Assembly (NCBI GenBank): GCA_963666315.2
Contig: CAXXHG010000043.1
Location: forward strand, 256,001 to 320,000
Length of the DNA: 64,000 bases
Reading direction: 5' to 3'
Source of the DNA: Candidatus Binatia bacterium
Lineage (GTDB): Bacteria > Desulfobacterota > Binatia > Bin18
Shown: positions 1 through 8,221 of the stretch, piece after piece
Layout of the letters: each line of letters opens with the position of its first letter
Position numbering within the stretch: position 1 is the first letter of the stretch
Program-made: the position numbers and the translations under genes
Notes under the pieces: model-generated
Seen by the model: the letters and a program-made list of their open reading frames with translations, nothing else
What the model was told of the DNA's origin: nothing
Database searches by the model: none

Positions 1-170
1 TCCAGTTTGAGCGGCCCAAACAGGGCTTTCATGACCGGCGCACCAGCGCCGCTCAGCAAGTCAAATAGAAAGGAGACTAGTAAATACGTGGCGACCAGTG
101 GGATAAGAATGAGGAGTCCGGTCAGCAATGTGTTGCGCAAGAAACGCGATTTCGTCCTTTTCCGCTTCAA
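1..170 (-). CDS. DUF502-like membrane protein, N-terminal part (runs off window edge)
   Basis: Manual translation from TTG at 170 (GGAGG SD upstream): MKRKRTKSRFLRNTLLTGLLILIPLVATYLLVSFLFDLL, resembling the DUF502 N-terminus. Not in the ORF track. Confidence 0.7.
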   Translation of the reverse strand, partial: MKRKRTKSRFLRNTLLTGLLILIPLVATYLLVSFLFDLLSGAGAPVMKALFGPLKL

Positions 171-267
171 AGCGAGACCTCCATACTACAGTGGTACTGT
201 TCACTGCAAATGGTAAAGCAACAGCACAGGGTTTAGCAAGAAAGGAAACGAGTCCGCTAGCCCGGAC

Positions 268-567
268 TCACACCTCAAGGATCTGAGAGACGATCTGCCA
301 CAAACAGGCGGCGCTAAATGGCTTAGAGAGTATGTGAACATCGGGGTGCTGACGGGGATCGGTTTGTTTAATTTTCTCAGCCAGCTCAGCGCCTGACATG
401 GATGGCATGCGCACATCAGAGATATACAGGTCATAACGCTGGCGACAGACCCGTTGATAAGCCTCCCAAGCATCTGTTGTCTGCTCGACTTGGAGCCCTT
501 TTGCTTCGAGTATCTCAGCTAAGAATTGGCAAAAAGTCGCGTCATCATCAACAACGAGTACGCGCAT
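268..567 (-). pseudogene. Single-domain response regulator (REC), apparently with an internal deletion
   Basis: VLVVDDD, DVRMPSMSG and KPF motifs are present. The beta4-alpha4 segment with the conserved Ser/Thr is missing between DPR and QHPDVHILSKPF, leaving only 99 aa. Confidence 0.65.
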
Positions 568-613
568 ATACCTCTCCTCTCCAGAATCTTCTGTTCAGAA
601 TCCCCCGTAACGG

Positions 614-630
614 GGCAAAAGATATGCCGA
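614..630 (-). promoter_or_regulatory. Putative sigma54 (-24/-12) promoter for the REC gene
   Basis: The minus strand reads CGGCATATCTTTTGC, i.e. GG-N10-GC with TTGC, about 50 nt upstream of the REC start. Confidence 0.55.
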
Positions 631-735
631 ACGGCGAGCGCGTAGTGTGAGCTGAAAAAAGCGGAATTTTCAGGAAACCGGTGTCTTCGGCGAGTCCTGT
701 TCCACACCACTATGGGCACACTGCGGCATTGTGCC

Positions 736-1638
736 TCAGCTTTTTTTGCGCGGCGAGACGATCTGATAGCGCTCCATCATGCGGTATAGGGACCGCCGAT
801 CAACATCCGGGACCTCGGCAGCACGGGAGACATTTCCGGTCGTATCATGACGCAAAGCGACTTCCATGCGTCGTCTCTCAGTGATGTCACGATAGATCCC
901 CTGGAAGCCGCTAGGCTGCCCCGTTCTATCACGCAGGAAGCGATCCCGTACCTCAACACTGCGAATCTGCCCATCCCCGGGCACAAACTCGAGCTCAAAG
1001 ATCTCTGAAACCGGCTGCCCAACTAAAGCATGCTGAGCTCGCTCAGTTGCCAACAGACATGAGGCCGGAGTTGTAAACTCACGGTAGTGCCGACCAATGA
1101 GTTCCGCCCGTGGTCGCGCGAACATGGCTTCAAGTTCACGGTTCACACTGGTGACAGTTCCGTCTAGGTCAAAAGTTGCAATCCCGACACTCGCATTCTC
1201 AAACAAATCACGATAGTGCCGCTCTCTGTCTTCCAATGCCTCTACCGTTTTAGCGTGCTCTTCGACCGTAGCTCGGAGCTCCTGAGACAGGTGCTGCAGG
1301 TGTAAGAGGTGGTGGACACGAGCGCGGACAGTAGGCTCACTGAGTGGACGGACGAGGATATCATCGACCAGAGAGGCAGGCTCTCGCAGCGATGGCAACA
1401 TTTCATGCGCAGAGAGAATAAGTAGCACTGGTATCAGGCGGGGCCGGCCTACCTCTTTCCGTTCTCTCAGAGTCTCTCTCATCTGACGCAAGAAAGTACT
1501 ATCAATAATGCACAGGTCAAAGGGTACACCTAATGCATCGGTCGTCTCGGCCGCACATACCTGACCTACTCCCGCAAGCCAGGCTTCAAGTATGCGGGCC
1601 GTGCGCTCATGTTTAAAAAAAAGGAGAATCCGCCGCAT
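736..1638 (-). pseudogene. REC-like + PAS sensor fused by deletion to a Fis-type HTH (kinase and AAA+ parts missing)
   Basis: A PAS/PAC domain (YRDLFENASVGI...GIYRDITERRRME) is joined directly to GNVSRAAEVPDVDRRSLYRMMERY, the C-terminal HTH of NtrC-type activators. Confidence 0.65.
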
Positions 1639-1781
1639 AGCTGCCCCTTACCAAGTGAATACCTTTCCCCTTGCTCATCTACACAAAGATTGTCATCAGA
1701 CCCAAGCGAGAACAGACAAAAAGTTAAAATATAGCCTGTTGTGCCGATAGCCCTTTCGATCTCCACAGGAGTCTTCGACCT

Positions 1782-2084
1782 ATGATCCGTCTCGAAGGGG
1801 TCTTGTTGGAGATTTCCGCTTCTCTGCAACGAGCCGGCGTTGTTGAACCCGCAGACGGGCCTTTACCACAAGACGTGGTGAATACGATCTCAAGTCTTTC
1901 TTCCAGAGAAAAAGACGTTTTAAGCAGACTCGTCACCGGGCAGCGCGTCTCAACGATTGCGGGTTCGCTGTACATCAGCCCCAATACAGTGCGCAATCAT
2001 CTCAAATCGATCTTTCTCAAAATTGGGGTGCATTCTCAAGCGGAGCTGCTTGAACATCTCCGCAAGCAGACTAACAAAGGCTAA
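1782..2084 (+). CDS. LuxR-type HTH transcriptional regulator (possibly N-terminally truncated)
   Basis: LSSREKDVLSRLVTGQRVSTIAGSLYISPNTVRNHLKSIFLKIGVHSQAEL is a canonical LuxR C-terminal HTH. Confidence 0.8.
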   Translation: MIRLEGVLLEISASLQRAGVVEPADGPLPQDVVNTISSLSSREKDVLSRLVTGQRVSTIAGSLYISPNTVRNHLKSIFLKIGVHSQAELLEHLRKQTNKG

Positions 2085-2140
2085 CGTCAGCTTACTGCGA
2101 AGCTTTCTCTTCCCCCATCTTGCCGAAACAGGCGTACCCA

Positions 2141-2407
2141 TTACTGTTGACGATTGCGCACAAGCGCAACCGTCGCAATCACACCCCAGACTCCTTCAAG
2201 TATAACAAAGGGAAGAAACCCGATAAGGTAGGAGGCATAACATGCCGCCCGAGCCCCAAGAGCATTCAGCGCTTGATAGATCCACGATTCGCTTTGCAGC
2301 CAGCCAAATAGGTTTAGGAAAAAGGTGCCGAGCAGAATTGCAACACCCGCTGATCCGACCCACTCTGGGCACGCTGAGCATTCTGAGAAAGACATCTGCA
2401 TGCTCAT
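2141..2407 (-). CDS. Small membrane protein (CBU_0592-like)
   Basis: Three hydrophobic helices, with YQALNALGA and PFVILEGVW motifs. Confidence 0.6.
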   Translation of the reverse strand: MSMQMSFSECSACPEWVGSAGVAILLGTFFLNLFGWLQSESWIYQALNALGARAACYASYLIGFLPFVILEGVWGVIATVALVRNRQQ

Positions 2408-2525
2408 GCTGTCTGCATCGTTCCGGTTACAGATGCAGTGTAATCCGATAGGTGCTCCATCTCTCCCATAGTAAGGAGCAAGGTTTCCGAAGCCAAGGGG
2501 CAGCCGGGCAGCCTAGCCGTCGTCC

Positions 2526-3038
2526 CTATCTGTCCCCTCTCAGGTCTTTCCTAATCCGTACGACAAGCGCTCCCGGCGCTTGGGTAATATCGAGCACTAG
2601 CCCATCTTTTGGCTCTTCTAGTATTGCAAACTGGCTTTTTAATAGCTCCACCGGCATAAAGTGGTCTTCTCTTTTTCTGAGCCGCTGACAGATTTGCTCA
2701 TAGCTCCCGCGTAAGTACACAAACCGGACAGCATCCGCATCAACAGTCAGTTGCCGTCGATAGGCATATTTTAGCGCAGAGCACGTCACCACCGCCGCTT
2801 GCTTAGTTTGCAGTCTTTCGCTGATGAGCGTTCGGAGTCGTGCAAGCCAAAGACTTCTATCCTCGTCAGTAAGCGCAATACCTCGTTGCATTTTGTCTAT
2901 ATTTGTTTGGGGATGAAAATCATCGCTATCATAGAATGGCCAACCCAAATCCTTGGCTAAGAGCTTTCCAACCGTTGTCTTGCCCGCTCCAGAAACTCCC
3001 ATCAAGATCACGACTAGACAACGCGGATTCTGTAGCAT
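2526..3038 (-). CDS. gntK: Gluconokinase (GntK/IdnK type)
   Basis: MGVSGAGKTT P-loop plus DSDDFHP, LTDEDR, CSALK and HFM...SQF motifs. Start placed at ATG 3038, after a GGAGG. Confidence 0.92.
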   Translation of the reverse strand: MLQNPRCLVVILMGVSGAGKTTVGKLLAKDLGWPFYDSDDFHPQTNIDKMQRGIALTDEDRSLWLARLRTLISERLQTKQAAVVTCSALKYAYRRQLTVDADAVRFVYLRGSYEQICQRLRKREDHFMPVELLKSQFAILEEPKDGLVLDITQAPGALVVRIRKDLRGDR

Positions 3039-3200
3039 TATCAATCCCTCCTGCCTTCTTACCTTCCTATATCTACTCGATTGAGAGGTTGAGGCGAAAC
3101 CACCCAAGCGTGGCATATTGCCACACTTGTATTCGTTCATACAGTATGAATTTTAGACAAATATGAAACGTCTATCGAGGGTTAGACATCAAAGAAGTCA

Positions 3201-3215
3201 TGGCATAGCCCTTGC
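3201..3215 (+). promoter_or_regulatory. Putative sigma54 promoter, with an upstream palindrome GTGGCA-TAT-TGCCAC (3110-3124) as a possible enhancer site
   Basis: TGGCATAGCCCTTGC matches TGGCA-N6-TTGC and lies about 75 nt upstream of the SD and ATG at 3289. Confidence 0.6.
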
Positions 3216-3288
3216 GTACCTTGTTCATATAGTATGAGAGGCCAGCTAGCCGAGGATATAGTGGGGCAACCCAGGGGAGGGTCAACAC

Positions 3289-3777
3289 ATGAAAACAGCA
3301 TCTTCTAACTTATGCGGTGTCGTCGCTGCGTCTTCTTCTTAAGTAACGCAACGTCCGGAAATCCGCTTCAATGATTTCATCTCTGAGCGGGGCAGGGCAG
3401 CCGAACGGGAAACCGTTGTCCCAGCCGCTGTTTTACCCGAACAGTTCTACGGCTCACGACGTCAGGACTATCAGGTTCGTGGGGAAATGGCCCTTATTCA
3501 GTCCGTGCTTGAGGACGCCATTGATTGCTTTCAGAAACAGTTTGGCGCACCACGGTTCCGCGATTATCGCATCGCCAAAGAGGCAAAACAGTGGTTCTTC
3601 ACGGACGACTATCAATGGCCGTTCTCCTTTGTGAATATCTGCTCCGTGCTAGACATTGATCCTGAGTATATTCGGCGAGGACTCAATAAGAAGAAAACCG
3701 AGCTTCCGGTCGAAATCCCACAACGCGCACTGCGCCGGCCCATCATCGTCCAGCCACGGTTACAAGCTGCAGCGTAG
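3289..3777 (+). pseudogene. Conserved hypothetical protein (VLEDAIDCFQ...WPFSFVNICSVL family) with a premature TAA
   Basis: The SD and ATG at 3289 are in frame with ORF 3487-3777. A single TAA lies at 3340-3342, and family-like sequence (AVLPEQFYG...RGEMALI) continues upstream of 3487. Confidence 0.6.
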
Positions 3778-3920
3778 ACAAAGTGTCCCTCCCTCCTGCA
3801 TGTACGAAGTCGCAATCTGTAAGACTGCCCCTTCTTATATGTCAACTTTTTGTGTCAGCCTGGTAAGAGAAAGGGGCGATCGAATGATCTCCCCTTTCAC
3901 ACTGAAAACTCGACGCGACA

Positions 3921-4466
3921 CTACGCAGCCTGCTGCGCTTTTTGGGTAAGTAGCCTGCCGACGATCTGATCAATAACCTGATCAGCCAATGCCCGGACTT
4001 CGTTTTTGGTCTTGGGCTGAATAGGATGCTCGACCAAGATGGGTTGGTATTGCGCCATTCCTAGCGCGGAACACTGCGCATTGGCCGCGCCAATGAATTC
4101 CGTGGTCGTTACGTTTGCCGTTGGGATACCGTTTTCTTCAAAGTGAATGACATCGTGCGAACTGCACGAGATGCAGGCCCCTCAATCGCTGAGGGCTTCG
4201 ATCACCGCATCGCACTGCTCGCGGAGTTCCGCCCGGATCGGTTCCGGTGCAGGTCGTGCAACCGTGGGTTTCATGCGTCGCAGCACCTCCTTGACTCCGT
4301 ACTGCTCGCGGAGGACTTCCTCCACACGGTCGAGGAAGAAAGAGCCCTTGGCTTTACTGATGTCGAGCAAGCCGACGGTAGTCCCGGCTAGACTATCGAG
4401 CCGGGGTGCAAAATCTTTCCGAGAACGTTCGACCTTATCGGTCGGATCGAGTAAGAGCTCACCCAT
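3921..4466 (-). CDS. UGSC-family selenoprotein, 181 aa, Sec at codon 95 (D-U-G-A-C-I-S-C)
   Basis: The ORF stops at TGA 4182-4184, but the frame stays open for 86 more codons (GACISCSSHDVIHFEENGIPT...EHPIQP...AA*) to TAG at 3921-3923. A SECIS-like hairpin follows the UGA. Confidence 0.88.
4153..4169 (-). promoter_or_regulatory. Putative bacterial SECIS element
   Basis: mRNA UCGUGC-AGUUC-GCACGA forms a perfect 6-bp stem with G at loop position 2. The loop begins 18 nt after the UGA. Confidence 0.75.
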
Positions 4467-4480
4467 AGCATACCTCCTCT

Positions 4481-5572
4481 TTAAGTGTGAATCTCCTTGG
4501 TCGTAATACGGCTACCGGCATCAAAGCCGGCCCAGCCTTGCACCGCAGCGGAAAATCGGCCGGCCGTGCCGCCGGCCACGATAATAACAATGTTTTCCGC
4601 TTTAGGAAACTTCGGAAATAGAGTGTCATCGGTGGGGGGTTCGCGGTCTTTCTTGGACGTACGTAGCATGCTGACCCCAACCCCTTCACCGCCATTCACA
4701 CCAGGACGCAGCTCCCGTAAGGGGCGGCGAATATTCTCATACAGGAATTGCCGCAGGTCGTTCTTGGACCAGCCGTCTTGAGCAAACGTTTTGGCATGTT
4801 CGGGACAGACCACGAGAACGGTATCGGAAAATAAGGGATAGTTTTTATGGTTCCATAGTGATCCCATGGACCAACCCAGCGACAACGCCAGCTGTCCCGC
4901 CGTGCGACTGGCGTGATCGTTAATCTGCATGGGAGAGTGGCCGCCAAACAGCGTAATCGTACTTTGATCAGGTTGATAGCCCTTCTCCACATGCAGCGGC
5001 TCCCAGGGGCTGTCTTCTTCATTTTCACCCACACAAAATGTGTACTGCGCGGGGTGGCCTAAAGTGGCTTTGGTAATCTCGTGCGGCTTGGCCCCCCCAA
5101 TATTAATAATAATGAGCCGGAGCGCACGACCTATCGTCGCATTGGCACGAAAACCGTGACCCAAGGCGTTGTGGCCGCCATTCACGCCAATGGCGTTCCG
5201 TATCGGCCCGTTGATGATAGCCATGGGCGTGGCAGAGAAGGTGGTTACGTTGAGGCCATGAATGCAGAACTGCTCTTCACACATGGCCTCAACGCCGGCC
5301 AGCACAACGGGCAGGTAAGACGGGTGGCACCCGGCCATGACGGCGTTGATGGCAATCTTCTCCACCGTCGCTCGACCATAGTTTGGCCCAATTTCTCCAA
5401 CTATCTCCTGTGGATCACGCGTAGTTGCCGCCAACATTCGCGTGACACGATCTTCGGTCGGCGGCACAACGGGTAAACCATCAGTGACACCGCGTTCGTA
5501 CAGGAGCTCAACCGGGTCGTCTTGCGCTTGTATGCGTTGGGAGTGCAATTCAGCGATTTCTGGCATAAGCAT
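4481..5572 (-). CDS. Conserved protein of unknown function, typical partner of UGSC selenoproteins
   Basis: TDGLPVVPPT, KIAINAVMAGC, GFRANATIGRALRL and ATLGHP motifs. It lies directly upstream of the UGSC gene; the start may be ATG 5566. Confidence 0.8.
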   Translation of the reverse strand: MLMPEIAELHSQRIQAQDDPVELLYERGVTDGLPVVPPTEDRVTRMLAATTRDPQEIVGEIGPNYGRATVEKIAINAVMAGCHPSYLPVVLAGVEAMCEEQFCIHGLNVTTFSATPMAIINGPIRNAIGVNGGHNALGHGFRANATIGRALRLIIINIGGAKPHEITKATLGHPAQYTFCVGENEEDSPWEPLHVEKGYQPDQSTITLFGGHSPMQINDHASRTAGQLALSLGWSMGSLWNHKNYPLFSDTVLVVCPEHAKTFAQDGWSKNDLRQFLYENIRRPLRELRPGVNGGEGVGVSMLRTSKKDREPPTDDTLFPKFPKAENIVIIVAGGTAGRFSAAVQGWAGFDAGSRITTKEIHT

Positions 5573-5590
5573 TCTCCATATAGCTCAGTG

Positions 5591-6544
5591 CTATTTAATC
5601 GCCTGGGGATTAATCGGTGAGCCCACCGCACCGGTGATGGGCAACGGCGGGGCAACAAACATGAACTCGTATACCCCGTCATTGGCACAGTCATCAGCCA
5701 GCCCTTCAAGGTCGAAAATCTCCCCGATCAGCATGCCGGCATGCACAATCAAAATCATATGCAGAGGCTGAAAGATGTCCGGCGTTTCGTTGGGAATGAC
5801 TTCAGTGCCCCAGGTGTCCGTGGCATAGCCGGCAATTTCTTTTTCACAGATCCAGGTTGCGCAGTCGACGCCCATCCCTGGCGCTGAACCGCCACTGTAT
5901 TCGCCCCAGCTATCTTCTGCCCGTACTTGGCCGATTTGACCAGTCCGAATCATCACAATATCGCCAGTGCCAACGCTAACTTTACCCATATCGGCTGCGC
6001 CATCGAGGTCGGTAGGATAAATGGCTTCGCCTGGCTCTAGCCACTGCTTGCCTTTGAAACGCGGGATATCCAGTAGTACGCCTCGCGAGACGATCTTGTC
6101 TTTCGCGTTCTCCATGCCGTTTTTCTTTGCGCCGGTGCTATTCACTTCACTAGCCGGATAGCCGTTGTACATTTGGCCTTGGTACATGATATGGGCCAGA
6201 GCATCCCACTGGGTGGCGCACTGGAGCGGCATGGTCACAGCGTCATCGGTATACTGAATATTCGGTAAATGATCCTGCGCACCGATGCTGATGTCGCCTC
6301 CGTCTTGGAGCATGAAATGGATGGGGTTAAAGCGCCCAAAAGACCCGGTCTGAGGACCTTTATCGTCAAATGGGATAGACAGAGAAATCACCTTGCCTTG
6401 TTTGACGAGCTTAGAAGCTTCAATAATCTTTTGTGGAGTAATGTAATTGAGCGTCCCGAGTTGATCGTCGTCGCCCCAACGGCCCCAGTTTTTGTACTTC
6501 TCGGCAAGAGCCTTTACATCGTTCATTGAGTAGTGTTTTGCCAT
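5591..6544 (-). CDS. Cyclase-family (kynurenine formamidase-like) metal-dependent hydrolase
   Basis: NWGRWGDDDQLGTLN, QCATQWDALAH, RGVLLD, GDIVMIRTG and GAVGSPINPQAIK motifs. Confidence 0.9.
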   Translation of the reverse strand: MAKHYSMNDVKALAEKYKNWGRWGDDDQLGTLNYITPQKIIEASKLVKQGKVISLSIPFDDKGPQTGSFGRFNPIHFMLQDGGDISIGAQDHLPNIQYTDDAVTMPLQCATQWDALAHIMYQGQMYNGYPASEVNSTGAKKNGMENAKDKIVSRGVLLDIPRFKGKQWLEPGEAIYPTDLDGAADMGKVSVGTGDIVMIRTGQIGQVRAEDSWGEYSGGSAPGMGVDCATWICEKEIAGYATDTWGTEVIPNETPDIFQPLHMILIVHAGMLIGEIFDLEGLADDCANDGVYEFMFVAPPLPITGAVGSPINPQAIK

Positions 6545-6611
6545 GGTCGTTCTCCTCTCGACTTTTGTGTTTCATATCTCTAAGCGGCCCGTCAACAGGT
6601 TGCCGCATTTA

Positions 6612-7598
6612 TTATATACCAAGGCGAAGACCAAGCACTATATTTCGGCCTTTCAGGAACTCTGAAATGGGGAGGGTTTTCTTACCTTCAAGCTGAACCG
6701 TGCTTATGTGAAGACAATCTTTTCCCGTTGCAATAGAGAGGTGGGTTGCTTCAATACCCAGTACCGAACCAGGGGCGACAGGGACAGATGGAGCAAAAAC
6801 GTTTTCTTTACCAACACCAGCGCCAAGGATTTTAAGCCGCCTACCCGCGAGGTAGGTGTAGGCAGACGGCCAGGGATAAAACGCCCGGACGCGTTGCTCT
6901 ATGCTGACCGCATCCTGCGTCCAATTGATCTGGCCATCTTCCTTTTTGAGCATGGGCGCGTAGCTGGCCGCTGCTTCGTTTTGGGGAGACGCAGAAAGTT
7001 TGCCCTGCTTAAAGAGCGCCAGTGCCTCTCCAAGCGCCTGCGCCCCAAGAATAGCGAGCTTATCGTGCAGACTCCCTCCGGTTTCATTATCTCCTAACTC
7101 AACCTGCGTCTGGACCAGAATGTCACCTGCGTCCATTTGCTCACTCATTTTCATGATCGTGACGCCGGAGTGTGTTTCTCCTCGGGCGATCGCCCACTGA
7201 ATAGGAGCAGCGCCACGATACTTGGGGAGGAGTGAAGCGTGCACATTGATGCAGCCGTATGGCGGCAGATCGAGAATCGGACGGGGGAGAATCTTCCCGT
7301 AGGCAGCAACAACAATCAGATCGGGTTGCCAGTCTCGGAGGTGAGCAAGCGTTTCGGCAGCGCGTATCTTTTGCGGCTGAAAAACGGGCACCTGATGTGC
7401 GAAGGCATATTTTTTGACGGGCGGGGCATGGAGGACCATATGACGCCCAGACGGCTTATCGGGTTGCGCCACAACGCCGACAACCTCCTCCTCCCTAGTG
7501 AGGAGAGCCTGGAGCGAGGGCACGGCAAAATCCGGCGTACCCATGAAAACGAGCCGAAGCGGTCGGGACAAGTCAGGAGGCGGAATAGGCATTGTCAT
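6612..7598 (-). CDS. fmt: Methionyl-tRNA formyltransferase
   Basis: FMGTPDFA, INVHASLLPKYRGAAPIQ and MDAGD motifs; adjacent to def. Start approximate. Confidence 0.97.
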   Translation of the reverse strand: MTMPIPPPDLSRPLRLVFMGTPDFAVPSLQALLTREEEVVGVVAQPDKPSGRHMVLHAPPVKKYAFAHQVPVFQPQKIRAAETLAHLRDWQPDLIVVAAYGKILPRPILDLPPYGCINVHASLLPKYRGAAPIQWAIARGETHSGVTIMKMSEQMDAGDILVQTQVELGDNETGGSLHDKLAILGAQALGEALALFKQGKLSASPQNEAAASYAPMLKKEDGQINWTQDAVSIEQRVRAFYPWPSAYTYLAGRRLKILGAGVGKENVFAPSVPVAPGSVLGIEATHLSIATGKDCLHISTVQLEGKKTLPISEFLKGRNIVLGLRLGI

Positions 7599-7672
7599 CA
7601 CAGGAGCACTGCAGACTCTGGCAAGGATCGAGAGTCCCGCGTCAAGACAGGACAAAGCAAAAGGCGCGCGCC

Positions 7673-8212
7673 TTAGATCCCGGTAGATTCTTTACCGCGT
7701 TCAAGTGGCCGGCCTTCTCGGATCAGTTTTTTTACCCGACGAGAGTAGAGTTCGCGTTTGAGCCGACTAATCCGATCAATGAACAGCTTTCCGGTGAGGT
7801 GATCGAGTTCGTGTTGGAGGCACACGGCAAGTAATTCCTCAGCCTGGAACGTAATTTCTTCTTGATCCAGCGTCCAGGCTGTGACCTCAACTTTGGCGGC
7901 GCGTTTGACTTCGGCGGTATAATCCAGCACGCTCAGACAGCCTTCTTCCCACACGATGGAACCCTCACTTGTAGTGATTCTCGGGTTGATGAGTTTGAGC
8001 AGCTCTTTCCCCTTTTCGTCAGGATGCGCATCAATGACAAGGATGCGGTCTTGCGCGCCGATCTGGGTCGCGGCCAGCCCAATCCCTGGGGCGGCATACA
8101 TGGTTTGGACCATATCCTCGACCAACTCAGCCAGGCTGCCGTCCATACTGGCCACTTCTGTTGCCGCTTTTTTGAGGCGTGGATCCGGATAGGTCAAAAT
8201 CTCTCGAATCAT
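7673..8212 (-). CDS. def: Peptide deformylase
   Basis: GIGLAATQ, EGCLS and QHELDH motifs. Confidence 0.98.
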   Translation of the reverse strand: MIREILTYPDPRLKKAATEVASMDGSLAELVEDMVQTMYAAPGIGLAATQIGAQDRILVIDAHPDEKGKELLKLINPRITTSEGSIVWEEGCLSVLDYTAEVKRAAKVEVTAWTLDQEEITFQAEELLAVCLQHELDHLTGKLFIDRISRLKRELYSRRVKKLIREGRPLERGKESTGI

Positions 8213-8221
8213 GTTGCCCTT

